Counted from the stretch's first letter, positions 49,363-62,623 are shown. The stretch is DNA of 64,000 bases from Octopus sinensis (GCF_006345805.1 NC_043007.1:25978001-26042000), one strand, 5' to 3'. Made by a program: numbers and translations. Notes: generated by a model not told the origin, from the sequence alone.

Positions 49363-50320
49363 TAAAGAGAAATAGTGTTATATTGAAGTGCAATATTTTG
49401 CTCACAGACACCCACTAAAAGGAGAATTGTTCATTTTAGCTTTTACTGATGAAATGTATTTCATGTTATGGTAAAGTTAAGAGGTCGTTCATATTACCTA
49501 CTGTTAGATCAGTTTTTTAAAAAAAATTATCTTGAAAAATATTTCGTATATGTTAAATTTTAACATAGTAAATATAGGATGTAATTGGTTTGCAGAAAAA
49601 TTGTTGCTCCTTCAGTTTGTTATCCCTTTGTTGCATCATGTCTGTCTTGGTATTAATGGTTGATGGATATGATATAATAGGAAAAAAGAAGCTTGAAACT
49701 TCTGATTTTGCTATTGGTAGTAACGTTAGGCTTTTTCTAACCTGGCAACTGAGAAAGAAATCCATAATTCCATTCACTTCCAGAATGCATTATAACAATA
49801 ATTAAATCACTCATCAAGTGATAGATTTTTATTATGTGTGACAGGGCACTTGTCTTATTTTGAGCATGTGGGAGTTTCTAATGTTCTTACTCAACCAGCT
49901 AGGAATAGAAGCCAAATCTTTCTCGTATCACATCCTACTGTCTTAAAAGAAGGAGGGATCTGAAATAAAAACACTTAATACAGAATGCTAGTGGCTGGAA
50001 CACTTGATCCTAGGTCTATGATCAAGGGTGACCTGTAGCTAGAGCAACACCGAATAGCTTATTATCCAGCTGAGGAAACTTTTCCTTAAATGGTCCTAAC
50101 TGAATTAACACATATCTTTTCTAAGTCCCTTTGATTGGATGCTAACCTACATTACAGGTAACTTTTGCATATATGATCTGGTAATCTGTTACTCCAAATA
50201 GTAAAGTGAACTGAGGTCTGTAGATTTAAGTGTTCTTCAGATCACAAATCATAACACAAATCCTGTCTGTTTAAAAAAGCTTCATTGAACCTATGAAACA
50301 TTTGTGGATTTTGTCTGCAA

Positions 50321-50572
50321 CATCATCATCATCATCGTTTAATGTCCGTTTTCCGCGCTAACACGGATTGGACGGTTCGACCGGGGTCTGGGGAGCCAGG
50401 GGCTGCTCCAGGCTCCAGTCTGATCTGGCAGTGTTTCTACAGCTGGATGCCCTTCCTAACGCCAACCACTCCGCGAATGTAGTGGGTGCTTTTTACGTGC
50501 CACCTGCACAGGTGCCAGAGGGGTCTGGCATCAGCCACGATCGGTTGGTGCTTTTTATGTGTCACCGGCACA
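50321..50572 (-). mobile_element. Family-C retroposon with (GAT)n tail
   Basis: Homologous to 19078 and to the reverse complement of 59340-59610. Confidence 0.85.
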
Positions 50573-51841
50573 ATGTTTGATCTTTGTTACAAATAGCTGT
50601 ACTTATATCCTTTGCAGACCCTTTTCAAATGCATAAGGTTCTTGCTGTTTAGGTCTTACCTCCAGTTATAGCTGCATGGTTAAGATGTTGGCTTTGCAAC
50701 TGTTCCCACTATGCAGTACTTCAACATTTTCTAATATAACCTCAGGTTAGCAAAAACTTTGTGAATGAAATTTAATTGGTGGAAATTGTGTAGGCAACCC
50801 TTAGAAGGACTTTACTGCTCTTGGGTGTAAAACTCAATTTGTCATTCAGTTCAACACCGCCATTTTGACTTAGGGACTTTTAGTAGAGTCTATTCTATTG
50901 CAAATATTCAAGCCAAGTCTTTGGTCTGAAGATAACTTCTTCTTTCACACCACTTTTGGAGACCCTGTTAAGAGTCATGGGCTTATCTTCTTCCTTTGAC
51001 TCAACCATAAAAAAAAACCCCAAAAAACTCCTCATGAGGCAGATCAAAGATATTTTAACAAGACATCATCTTGCCATTTATGTAGACATAATGTATCTAC
51101 CATTGTCCTTTTTTTTTTAATAACAGGTTGTGATTTGAAGGAGATTTGGCTAATATTTCTAGCAAGTTTGAGTGATCACATTAGAAGTACCCTTAGTTCA
51201 GTGTTGATTTTGGTGCCCATCTTGAATTTCTATAGGAGATACCTGTAGGGAAAAGCTGGGAGTTGCAGTGTTTTGCAGTTTCTGCAAAGTGCATTGAAGC
51301 AGAGGGTTTAGCAAGAAGATTTCATGATGTGAGATGCAAATTAAAGAGAGAGAGAGAGAAAGACAGAGAGGGTAGGGTGTACTTAGTTGGATAAGGACGG
51401 TTTAGTTGGATAAGGACGGTTTCTAACTTGCTAGTTCAGTTACATGGCATTGAATAAACTATAATGTCTGATTAAAAAAAAAAAAAAAAAAACATCTTTT
51501 GAACAGAAATACTTGTATAATGAGTTGCTCTTTTGTTACTATTTAAACAAATCTGTTAAAATACCTTATTGATTCTGTGGAGGCTTTAGGACCAAACTTT
51601 ATTCTGAATAAACCTATTGAAACAACCAGCAAACAAGTGGAGTTGTTATGTGCTTGCTCGACCTGGCAGAAATAGCAGGTAGTATACTCTCAAATTACAC
51701 TACCATCTTAAAAGGGAAGGATATACAAAATAATGTTATTTTTAACACTCTTCATCTAAGAAAAAGAACAAGAAAGATGGGATAATTATGGATAAATCAC
51801 TTTTAATTTTAGATTTATTCAATCGAGTTTGATAACAAGAC

Positions 51842-52249
51842 GGATCTTTTTGGTTTGGACGGCAGTTTTTAACATAATTTCTAGGTAACTAAAAAATTTT
51901 AAACTTCGTATACTGGTAGAATGGGTTTATAAAACATCTTTTTCTGTTGGCTTTATTGAGAAAATTCTATAGTTTGTAAGATATTTGTTGTTTTTTTCTC
52001 TTCAATTTCTGCAATTTCAACCAATCAATGATGCCCATTGAGGTAAAACACATTCTGTGCCGTATGACTATGTTTATGAAACAGATTGGGTTTATTTACA
52101 TTTGTGAAGAAAAAAACGATACCCTTCCCCCCACCCCTAACCCTAAAACAGATTGAAATGCAATAGATCGATACTAGGGTCATAATTATGGGTGACAATT
52201 TCATATGACACCGCTAGAAAAAAAACTGTCGTTCAAACCGAAAAAATCC
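51842..52249. mobile_element. MITE family M1 copy, opposite orientation to 27719
   Basis: Same TIRs. TSD AACAAGAC (51834-51841) / ATCAAGAC (52250-52257), a 7/8 match. Confidence 0.88.
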
Positions 52250-52549
52250 ATCAAGACTAAGTAACTAACAAGCTAACATAAAATTGCAAAGTTTTCATCT
52301 GACTGGGTTGTATTCAGCTCTCTCTCCATTTCCAAGTTGTGACTGATATATCATAATTTATATCTTCAGCTCAGTTTTGTACCTTATTTAGTTTCAGTGC
52401 CAACCAGTGTACAGTTGTAAAGATTAACTTTGTGATTTTCCCCCATCCCTACTTCAGTAACCACATTGATAGCTATGCTTTTTTGATCTTCATAAAACGA
52501 AACATGCCCAGTGTTGTCTGCCACTCATGCAAGAATAATAAAAATATCA

Positions 52550-52948
52550 GGCGCAGGAGTGGCTGTGTGGTAAGTAGCTTGTTTACCAACCACATGGTTC
52601 CGGGTTCAGTCCCACTGCGTGGCACCGTGGGCAAGTGTCTTCTACTATAGCCTCGGGCCGACCAAAGCCTTGTAAGTGGATTTGGTAGACGGAAACTAAA
52701 AGAAGCCCGTCGTATATATGTGTATATATATATATGTGTGTGTGTTTGTGTGTCTGTGTTTGTCTCCCTAGCATTGCTTGACAACTGATGCTGGTGTGCT
52801 TATGTCCCCGTCACTTAGCGGTTCGGCAAAAGAGACCGATAGAATAAGTACTGGGCTTACAAAGAATAAGTCCTGGGGTCGAGTTGCTCAACTAAAGGCG
52901 GTGCTCCAGCATGACTGCAGTCAAATGACTGAAACAAGTAAAAGAGTA
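52550..52948 (+). mobile_element. Full-length family-B tRNA-headed SINE with internal (TA/TG)n
   Basis: A-box TGGCTGTGTGG, B-box GGTTCAGTCCC, body and AAACAAGTAAAAGAGTA tail. Confidence 0.92.
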
Positions 52949-53420
52949 CTGAGTTTATATTGTTTGCTTCACCACCTCATAATTATTTTAAGTTAAGCTT
53001 TTTGATTTGCCCTGCATTAAATATGTTAACCGAACTGTTCTTTACTCTTAACAGACATTTTTCATTTTCTCTGCTTCAATTCTAAGAGACCCAACAGCAC
53101 TATACTACGAAAAAACAACTGTACATTATTTTGATTTATCATTTATTTGTTAGCAGTTTGTTTACTTTCAGAGTGTTTGTTTTTCATTGAAGTAATTTAT
53201 TCAGTTTTTATTGATTCAGGTTTAATTAATTAGCGGTAGTGTTAGGCTAAATGTGTGACAGTATTTCGGTTTTTTTTGCTTGGTATTTTGAATAGGCTGA
53301 TTTTTTTTATCACTAAACCACTCCCCTACAAATTTGCAGCCTTGTACCAAAGTAAAAAGTATATATAAGATTATTAATAATTCATATTTGACTTTATAAT
53401 TGTTATTAATATTCTTTTCT

Positions 53421-53618
53421 ACTCTAAGCACAAGGCCTGAAATTTTGGGGAGGGGGCCAGGCGATTAGATTGATCCCAGTATGCAACTGGTACTTAATTT
53501 ATCGACCCTGAAATGATGAAAGGCAAAGTTGACCTCAGCGGAATTTGAACCCAGAATGTAAAGACAGACGAAATACTGCTAAGCATTTCACCCGGCGTGC
53601 TAACGTTTCTGCCAGCTT
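53421..53618 (-). mobile_element. Family-A SINE
   Basis: Reverse complement of the family-A head, core and tail. Confidence 0.88.
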
Positions 53619-53632
53619 GCCACCTTTTTTGG

Positions 53633-53787
53633 GCTTGTTTCAGTTTTCATCTACCAAATCCACTGACAAAGCTTTGGTCGGTCCAAGGTTATAAAGTAGA
53701 AGACACTTGCCCAAGGTGCCATGCAGTGGGACTGAACCTGGAACCACGTGTTGGTAAAGCAAGCTACTTACCACACAGCCACGCCTG
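53633..53787 (-). mobile_element. Family-B SINE 5' part
   Basis: Reverse complement of GGCGTGGCTGTGTGGTAAGTAGCTT...GGCAAGTGTCTT. Confidence 0.85.
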
Positions 53788-54454
53788 CACCTTAGTTAAT
53801 TGTCAGAATTGTTAGAGTATTTCTTTTGACTCTTTATATTCTGAGTTTAAATTCCATTTGCATCAACTTTGTTTTTCTTTCTTCTGGGTTGATAAAATAA
53901 AGTACCAGTTAAGTACTGGAATTGATGATATCAACTAACCTTCTCCTTTCATAACTGCTGGTCTTGAGGCCAAAATTTAAAATCATTAATTTTAACATTG
54001 ATTTGCTAATTATTTTTAGTATTAATTTAAGAAAGTAACTGTGGTGGATATTTTATTTTGTCTATCATACAATTTAGTATACTTGATAGAGTTTAATTAT
54101 ATCATTGAATTACGGGTTAACTTTATTTTCAGGTATCAATATGTCTGTTTATTGATGGGGATATTGTTAAGATATATATTTAATATAAAATGAGGAAACT
54201 TAAGGAGCTTAATTAATCTTTCACTTCCCTTTATATTTTGGTTTTAATGCAGAAAACCTTCATATGTGCCTCTATCCACTGTTCCTGAAATTTGTTGTTT
54301 GGTCCAGGTTTGTCTTGATCAAGGAGACATAATGTTCCAGCCATGGCTACCTGTGCGAATTTGTCCTTTCAATATCACTCTAATGTAATTGAGGGGAGAT
54401 TTAGCTGCTATTTTTTATAAAAATAAACAAATATATAGAGATAAACAAGATGCA

Positions 54455-54958
54455 GGCTTGGGTGTGTGGTTAAGAAGTTCGCTTTGTAACCATGTGGTTG
54501 TTGGTTCAGTCCCATTACATGGCATCTTAGGCAAGTGCTTTCTATTATGACCAATACCTTGTGAGTGAATTTGGTAGTTAGAAACTGTGTGGAGGCCCTT
54601 TGTGTGTGTACACACATACACACACTAATATTGAACACGAGCGGTTAACACCACGTTGGATTAATATTCTTTATTTGTGGGTTAACGCCAGTACTCATCT
54701 CCATCTTGGAGACGTATACCAACTTTACATGTAACAGGCTTGATAATTGGTGTGAAATTCCTCTCGGCATAAAACCACTGGTAGCCTTGTTAACCCACAA
54801 ATAATATGTGTGTTTGTGTGCGTTTGTTCCTCCACCACCTCTTGACAACTGATGTTGGCTTGTTTACATGGGGTTGATTTCTTCAACTAAAGTTCTTCAA
54901 GGCAGTGCCCCATCAAGGCTGCAATCCAATGACTGAAGCAAGTGAAAGATAAAAGATA
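54455..54958 (+). mobile_element. Degenerate family-B SINE interrupted by a ~180 bp insertion
   Basis: Head at ~54455 and tail at ~54950. Foreign sequence at ~54626-54806 lies within the internal microsatellite. Confidence 0.65.
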
Positions 54959-55521
54959 ACATATGGTGGATTAAAAAAACAAAAAAAAATGATGTAACAT
55001 TTTAAATCTAATCTATATATTTTACTCTATATTATATACAGATGTTTAGCAATCTGTAGTAGTTTCCAGGTTTATATTATTAATAAGAAACGGGTGTTTG
55101 AAATAACCAGGTATATAAAAAAGTATACACATTACACACACATACACACACACACACTCTCTCTCTCTCTCTCTCTCTTTCTTTCTCTGGACTGGATCCT
55201 TTTTGATAAGCTAGTTAAAATATTGGCATTATTTCAAAATAGGTTTCCATTAAGTAAACAAATCAGTGTAAGAGGTTTATCTTCCCAATGATAATTATTG
55301 TTGTTTCAATTAAAAATCCATGCTAAGATATAAAAAATAGTAATAGTATATCTTGTAAAGCTTTTTTTTCTTTCTTTAAATTTATTTTCTAAATATAAAA
55401 ATCTTGAGTAGTTAAAAAAAGAAAAAATCTGTTAGTCAACAATTTTTTTTTTCTAGTACAAGTAGATTATTTTTTGAAAAGGTTGCATACATTTAGAGCA
55501 ACTGATGCTATAACTTGTTAC

Positions 55522-55568
55522 CTTTGTGGCCACTTAACTGTGAATTAAGATTGAAACCTACTTCATCA
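55522..55568 (-). CDS. Candidate coding exon (S)DEVGFNLNSQLSGHK, WD40-like GH motif
   Basis: TTCTTGCTTCAG| acceptor, AAG|GTAACA donor, 47 nt open in phase 2 to 1, compatible with 56388-56413. Confidence 0.4.
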
Positions 55569-55901
55569 CTGAAGCAAGAATTGTTATTTGCTTTGCCCTG
55601 GGGCTTGGCACAGCATAATGTCTGTTGCACTTCGTTTTGACCCCTTGTCCTTATAGAATAGTATTTCATCCATCCAATATGTTTGAATGTACAAAAATCT
55701 AAGATTAAACCAGAAAGCTAAGGAAAAAAAAAAAGGATTCTCAGTTGACTGATCTTTCAGTTGTGCTATTTCGTCTTTTACATTGTCTGAAATGTTAGGA
55801 ATTTGTAAATGCAGTAATAGTTAAAGAGCTAAATTAGTGTTTCTTTTCTTAACAGGTCATCAATGATGTATATCTCTCTCTTTCTGTCTAATGTAAACGT
55901 A

Positions 55902-55938
<37 letters not shown>

Positions 55939-56387
55939 TCCTTCAGAGCTGATGATTCACTCCATTGCCCCACCAACTGCCTCTGTTGTATGCTTTTCTT
56001 CAGCCAAGACAGAGAAGAAATGCATATGAGTGAGTGTGTTTGGGGTAGAAACATAGGGAACCGTCAGCTTTAAAGAGGAATAATCAAGCATGTATCAGAT
56101 ATTACTACTCCTAAGCTCACACATACACCCCATATATTAATAGAAAATTTATTTCAGAGATATGAACTCTTGAAATGTTTTAAAGTAATAATATTTGAAT
56201 CCTTGATATATGTTTTATTCTGTTAGAATAATTTTATTAGCTCTGCAGTTAATTTATTTTCTTAAGAGTAATAGTTATAGAATTATTTGTCCTAGAATCA
56301 AAAGGAACAAAGAAAGGTTTTCACTACCAGCTAGCTCACTGATCACAAACTTAATCTGTTGCTTGCATTTTGTTGCAAGGTACTTAC

Positions 56388-56413
56388 CTCTCCATTGCTT
56401 TAGTCGAAAATAT
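56388..56413 (-). CDS. Candidate coding exon IFSTKAME(S); contains a possible start ATG at 56395
   Basis: GAG|GTAAGTAC donor and TACAG| acceptor. Phase 0 to 2 joins in frame to 55568. Confidence 0.35.
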
Positions 56414-56478
56414 CTGTATATATTCACATAACTGGATAATACTGGAATGCCATGTGTTGGACTGATATTCTTATTTAA

Positions 56479-56689
56479 CCCTTTCGTTACTGTATTTATT
56501 TTGAGATGTTCTGTGTTTCTCTCAATTATTTTAGATATAACAAAGAATTTAGTAAAATAACTTAGTTATCATTAAGCTAGTGTTAGGAACATTAATTGTG
56601 ACTAAGGTTTAGTGGAAGATTTTAATTCAAGACTTAGGAAAACAAGACATTTGTACTACAGAGCCAGAGCCAGTTTGGTAGCGAAAGGG
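56479..56689 (+). mobile_element. piggyBac-like MITE
   Basis: TTAA|CCCTTTCGTTAC...GTAGCGAAAGGG|TTAA. Confidence 0.88.
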
Positions 56690-58594
56690 TTAAGGCAAGT
56701 TCCCATGTATATCTTCTCAACAACAAGAAAACAAGCAAGCCTTGGTTATTGAGACCTTGAAAATGTGATAGATTTATCTTTTTAGGGTGAGAAAAAAAAG
56801 CTAAAGGAGTGTCTACATGATAATCCACCCTGCAAGAAATGATAGCTAAATCTCCCTTAAATCACAGGAGTTGTACATTGGATAATGTTTAGATACATTG
56901 TCTAATATATGAAAAAAGGGATGGCTATGACAAATGCTTTTGATTAAGTTTCTGCTTGATCAGAGCTAACCTGGAGTTAGTCGCTCACAACAGCATAAAA
57001 CATGTAATCAATATTCAACTATAAACATGTTTTTGAAGACATATTTATAGTCAGATATGCTGATTTCATTAGAGAATGCAGGTGATGAGGCTTATCATAG
57101 TTAATTGAGATGACCTTTCTGTATTATTGGTGCATATTTTAGCGACTCTAAAGGAAGACTGTCAGAGTTGACCCTAGTAGAATTTTAGCCTAAAATATAG
57201 AGGTGAAATTAAATATGTATACTATAGTGCATTTAGCAAGCCAAAGAAGTCTGTGTAATATTAGCAGCTAAATCTCCCTTACAGCATACCTTGGCATCTT
57301 GATGAAGACAATATCTCTCTGCTTTATTGATGAATTTAGCTATGCTGCAATGTTTTTAAAAAGAATACAGTTCATGTTAGAGTATATTTTTTGGTTAATT
57401 TTCGAAATGATCAAGAATTTTGAGAGGTATAATAAAATAACACAAACACACCTGTCTTTGTGTCTGTTTGTGTGCATGTGCGTGCACACCACACACACAC
57501 ACACACACACATACATACATACATACATACATACACACACACACAAACAAACACACACGTAAAGGTTGTATTTAGAACAGAACTTCTACAAAACTATTCT
57601 TTCACAAAACTATAATGGAATTTATTTTGCTGAAATCTCAAATTGGCATTTATTTAGTGATGGGATCTGGTTGGGATTATAACTAAAATATGAATGGTGA
57701 GGAGGAGTCACAGGTGGGTTAGTATTGAAAGATTTTAAGAGATAAAGCTCATTCAAATTGTGCCCTTTATATATATATATAATTGACCTTTCACTAAACA
57801 ACAATAAATAATTTAGATAGTCAAGAGATAAAGTGATTATTCTACTAATTCTGCTTTGTTATTTCTGAGTGGAACATTTTGTTCTACCCACATTCAATTG
57901 GGTATCAGATCATTTGCAAATGGTACTGGTCATATATTGGCACTCTATTCAGAGGGCTTTAAAAAGTCCCTAACAAAGTCCCTTTACATCATTACTAATA
58001 TATAATGCAAGTTTCCTTACTGCTAACTAATACAAAGATGGGGGTGCAGATTTGATTAATGTTTTAACTGTTTTTATTTTCATAAATTTGAAATCAGTAA
58101 TATTTACTACACATCTTCACATTCATTTACTTTGCTGTACTAATATGAAAGTGATAAATTTTCATTTAAATTTAAACATTTATGTATGTATATATTTGCT
58201 AACAAAAGTATGGGTGGGACTTTTTGTTGTTGAAGTCAAGTAAATCAAAAATTACGTCTTGTTCAAGAGCATTTTGACTTGTACTAATGTGGCCATCAGT
58301 CTAACACTTTTCATTTCTCAGCCATTATGTCTATTGTCTCCTTTATATTTGCATATATAGAACCAATAGTCTATGTTTTCTCAATTTCATTTTGTAATAA
58401 ACATGGTCTATGGTGATAGTTGATGGATTAGTTCTAATCTAATACTGACATCAAGTATAAAAGAGCCAGCATGTAAATCTCACTGGACTGTCATACTGAC
58501 TTCATCTTCAAACTGGAATTTTTGCAATCTATGTGGTAGTACTTCACTGCAACCTTGGTTGGTTGCAGTGAAAGAGGATTGTAACTTTGTTTAA

Positions 58595-58816
58595 CCCTTT
58601 TGATACCAACCCACTTGAGACCACCCTTGGTTCAATGATGCAAATTTCCTGTTTTAAATTGATCTAAATTAAAATCTTCCACCAACATCTCTTGTTAATT
58701 TATATTTCAAACACAGGCTTAATAATGACAGAATTATTTTATTAAGTTCTTCATTATTTTCTAAATTAACCGAGACAAAGGCAGCAGGTTTTAACAGAAA
58801 TATGATAACAAAAGGG
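58595..58816 (-). mobile_element. piggyBac-like MITE, diverged subfamily, inverted
   Basis: TTAA|CCCTTT...AAAAGGG|TTAA. The interior aligns by eye to the reverse complement of 56479. Confidence 0.8.
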
Positions 58817-59339
58817 TTAATGTCTTTGTTGAAGTTCCTGAGATTATTAATGTTTAGAGACAAATAAAATTTAATCTTGTTAACTGACTACACATAACTT
58901 ATGATGGCAGAGTTTGCTCATTTGTTTCCAAGGTGTCAGAATGGATGTATGTGATAGGACCATTCCTCTTATATCATTGTAGGAACTTTCAGCCCTTTTT
59001 TTCTTAAGAAACCTTTACTTTTTTTTGTATTGAATGCATGCAATTTATTTATTTGAAATCTTAGGCTGCATGTTGAAAATTCAACATATGCAACAGAATG
59101 TCATATTATTATTTAATTATTATTAATTAATATATCCTTTAAAAAATATTACTTAAATAATGGCTGATAAGTATTATATTTGTGCCTGTAAAGAAATATA
59201 AAATCAGTAAATGCACATTTATTTGTTAAAAATTATTGGCATTAGAAATGATATTAAAAGATTAAACCATTTAACTTTTCTGTGATCATATTCCAGCAGT
59301 GCTTCAGTGAGGTTTGAGAATAATCAAAAACATTCGAGC

Positions 59340-59610
59340 GAGGTCGTTGTCAGTGCTGCAGGACTGGCTCCTGTGCAAGTGGCACATAAAAAGTACCATT
59401 TGAGCGTGGCTGTTGCCAGTACTGCCGACTGGCCCTCATGCCGGTGGCATGTAAAAGCACTAACTACACTCTCGGAGTGGTTGGCGTTAGGAAGGGCATC
59501 CAGCTGTAGAGGCTCTGCCAGATCAGATTGGAGTCTGGTTCGCCAGACCTCAGTCAAATCGTCCAACCCTTGCTAGCATGGAAAGCAGACGTTAAATGAT
59601 GATTATGATT
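59340..59610 (+). mobile_element. Family-C retroposon
   Basis: GGTTGGCGTTAGGAAGGGCATCCAGCTGTAGA...GACGTTAAATGATGATTATGAT. Confidence 0.85.
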
Positions 59611-59656
59611 TGGAAGGATAAATTTTCTTTTGGCTTGTGTTTAGAACATAGATTAA

Positions 59657-59867
59657 CCTGTTTGATGCTGATCTACATGAGACTACTTCTGGTTCTGTGA
59701 TGCAAACTTTATTATTTTAAAGTTAAGTTAAAACCTTCCATCAAAATTTCATGTTGTTCTAAACACTACCTTTATAATAAGTTATTTTATTAAATTCTTC
59801 ATTATTTTAAGAGAAAAAAATTGAAACAATAGCAGTGTATTTCAACAGAAATAAGGTAAGAAAAGGG
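59657..59867 (-). mobile_element. piggyBac-like MITE, diverged, inverted
   Basis: TTAA|CC...AAAAGGG|TTAA. Homologous to 58595. Confidence 0.75.
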
Positions 59868-60984
59868 TTAAGAAATGATATTTGGAATGAAATACACTGC
59901 ATATGTGTTTCCATTAATTTTGAAACTAATCAAGTATTTGGAAGAATTTAATAAAATAATTAACTTCGGTGTCAAGCTAGTGTATGGAAAATAACTTTTA
60001 ACAAATTGTTCTCACACAAAATTATAATAGATTTTATTTCAATATAAATATTTTGAGCTGGCGATTTTTGTATTTTTGTAGAACCATTGGCAGTCTGAGA
60101 CAGATTGGTATCAAAATAATTAAGGAGTTATGTTGATAAGTAAACAACAGCAGCCTAACTAAGTAGCCCAAAATATCACAGGAAGCTTAAGGCCACAAGT
60201 TCTTTATCTACCCTCTGTTTTTATCAACATTCAGCCTGCCAGTATCAAAATAGCAGGTGCATTTACTTTTTCTGTAAGAAATTTTGAGGATGTTGATACA
60301 TTATTTTTTTTCAAAAAAATGATTTAACTAAAGATTATAATACTATTACTTCAATTTGTTGCTTTTGTAGATGTAACAGTTTATAGTTAGTATCTTTCTA
60401 GCAAGTTAGGTAGTTATTCCATTTATTTCATTTTGTTTTGTTTTTCACATTGTATGCTGTTTTCAATACAACTAGTACATAGCAGTTAATCTTCTGTGTG
60501 TAAAGTAGATAATTACTGTCCTGACCAGCCATTATAAATCATAGACTGAGCAGTGGAATTCATATGATTGTTGCCGAAATAGTTCTTTAGGAAAGGTGTG
60601 CATGACAAAGTTTGAAAAGACCTACATGATTCTTTTTCATGTACAATACAAAATTAAGCTTTTTGAAAAAGAAAACTAAACAAACTTTATCATGCTTTCT
60701 GGAATCCTCTCTAAAAGTTCTTGGAGGGGACATGAATTCACATCAAGAATTTTGCAAACCAAATACAAAAACAAAAGATGCAAATCCATTTTGTTTTTTT
60801 AAATGAATTAACTTTGTGTATAACATTTATACTTTAGACCATAACTATAATAGTTGATTGGAGTTTTGGTTTAACGAGAATTGAAACTTGGTTTTTAATT
60901 AAACAAATGTACGGTATTTGTTATATATTTATATTGATTAGAAGTTCAGTACACAACAATCAGTGCTGAAGAATTTTTTTTTAA

Positions 60985-61203
60985 CCCTTTCGTTACCATA
61001 TTTCTGTTGAGATGCTCTGTGTTACCTTCAATTATTTAAAATATAACAAAAAATTTTATAAAATAACAGTTATCATTAAGCTAGTGTTAGGAACATAAAT
61101 TGTGACTAAGGTTTGGTGGAAGATTTTAATTAAAACCTTTTGAAAACAAGTCATTTGTACTACAGAGCCAGAGCCGGTTTTGGCCAGGTTGGTAATGAAA
61201 GGG
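60985..61203 (+). mobile_element. piggyBac-like MITE
   Basis: TTAA|CCCTTTCGTTAC...GTAATGAAAGGG|TTAA. Confidence 0.88.
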
Positions 61204-61900
61204 TTAAAGATGGCTCACCATCTAATTTATTTGAATTCTAAACTGATTATGATCAAAATACAAACACTTAATTTTAGCATTTCTGAATGGATTTCTATAG
61301 AAGGATAAAGATTGGTCTCTGCTAGATTGATATCAAAAGGGTTAAAAGTATTTGCTGTTAACATTTTTCTTCATATCATTGCCTCTACATGAGACACATT
61401 AAATATTTCTTCGTCTTTACATGTGATTGTCTCCAATTGTTGATTATCTTTCTCACAGCTGATTTTTTATTTCCTCAAACCAAAGAAAGTCTAGTTAAAT
61501 AAAAGAGGAAAGATAGAGAGTAGAAGGAAAAAAAAAAAAAAGATCTCACTATCACTTAAAGCAAATATTTACTTTCTGAAATACAAATGAAAAGCAAAAC
61601 CTTGAGATAACTTTCAACCAACTGAAGCTGAAAAAAAAAGATTTTCCTAAGATGTAGAGTTAAATGACCATTAAAAAACAACAACCCATCTATCATTTGT
61701 CTCAATATAACTTAATGCCAAGAAGGTAATGATTAATAACTCCGATAAGCACTTCAATAAAAAGACAGTCTCTTTATGTTGACAGCTTGTAGGTGAGTGA
61801 TGTTGTTGAATCTTTATTAGAGACAAGATTTAATGTGATTGAATCTAGCTTTTTGTGCGTATGTGTGTCTTTTATGTATCCACATATATATTTATATGAA

Positions 61901-61991
<91 letters not shown>

Positions 61992-62121
61992 GTCTTTTGA
62001 AAGATGACATTCACTGTGCTGGAAACAACTAATGGCTTTGTCCGTAAGTTGAAAGCAACGCAAGCAATAACTTGTTATTGAGAACAAGTTCTAAGAGAGC
62101 TAAGTATGAGAAAATACTTAC

Positions 62122-62156
62122 GTTCAAGCAGCAGAAGGAGATGATATATATCACAC
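62122..62156 (-). CDS. Candidate 35-nt exon (G)VIYIISFCCLN; could instead be 5'UTR
   Basis: GTCTTTTCATTAG| acceptor and AAC|GTAAGTAT donor. The phase 0 end joins in frame to 56413. Confidence 0.35.
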
Positions 62157-62392
62157 CTAATGAAAAGACATCATTGTTTTCAATCAATCAATACTGTCTA
62201 ATCAATATTACAGGCATAGATGAAATAAATGAATTTAATTTTTTTTTTTTAAAAAAGGGAAAAATATCTTGTTTCTTCCACTCTTGAATATACTAATTTA
62301 AAGGGCTGATCTGTGGTTATAGTGGGATTGAGAAGGTCTATTGAGGTATAACTTTTTTGCTTTAAAAGTGATTCCCTGTTGACCTTTTGGTT

Positions 62393-62623
62393 GGCGGTGA
62401 GCTGGCAGAAACGTTAGCACGCTGGGCGAAATGCTTAGCCATATTTTGTCTGCCATTACATTCTGAGTTCAAATTCCGCCAAGGTTGACTTTGCCTTTCA
62501 TCCTTTCGGGGTCGATAAATTAAGTACCAGTTATGCACAGGGGTCAATGTAATCGAATTGGTCTGTTTGTCTGTCCTTGTTTGTCCTCTCTGTGTTTCGC
62601 CCCTCGTAGGTAGTAAAGAAATA
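62393..62623 (+). mobile_element. Full-length family-A SINE (AAAGAAATA-tailed subfamily)
   Basis: GGCGGTGAGCTGGCAGAAACGTTAGCACG head, TTCTGAGTTCAAATTCC B-box, GTAGTAAAGAAATA tail. Confidence 0.92.

Noticed and set aside
50640-50740. Minus-strand GAG|GTAAGA donor at ~50658
   Set aside because: The upstream sequence is a decayed family-B SINE with stops in all frames.
52550-52625. tRNA gene calls at SINE heads (also 7904, 37657, 62393)
   Set aside because: A/B boxes are present, but there is no full cloverleaf and the heads run into a shared SINE body and tail.
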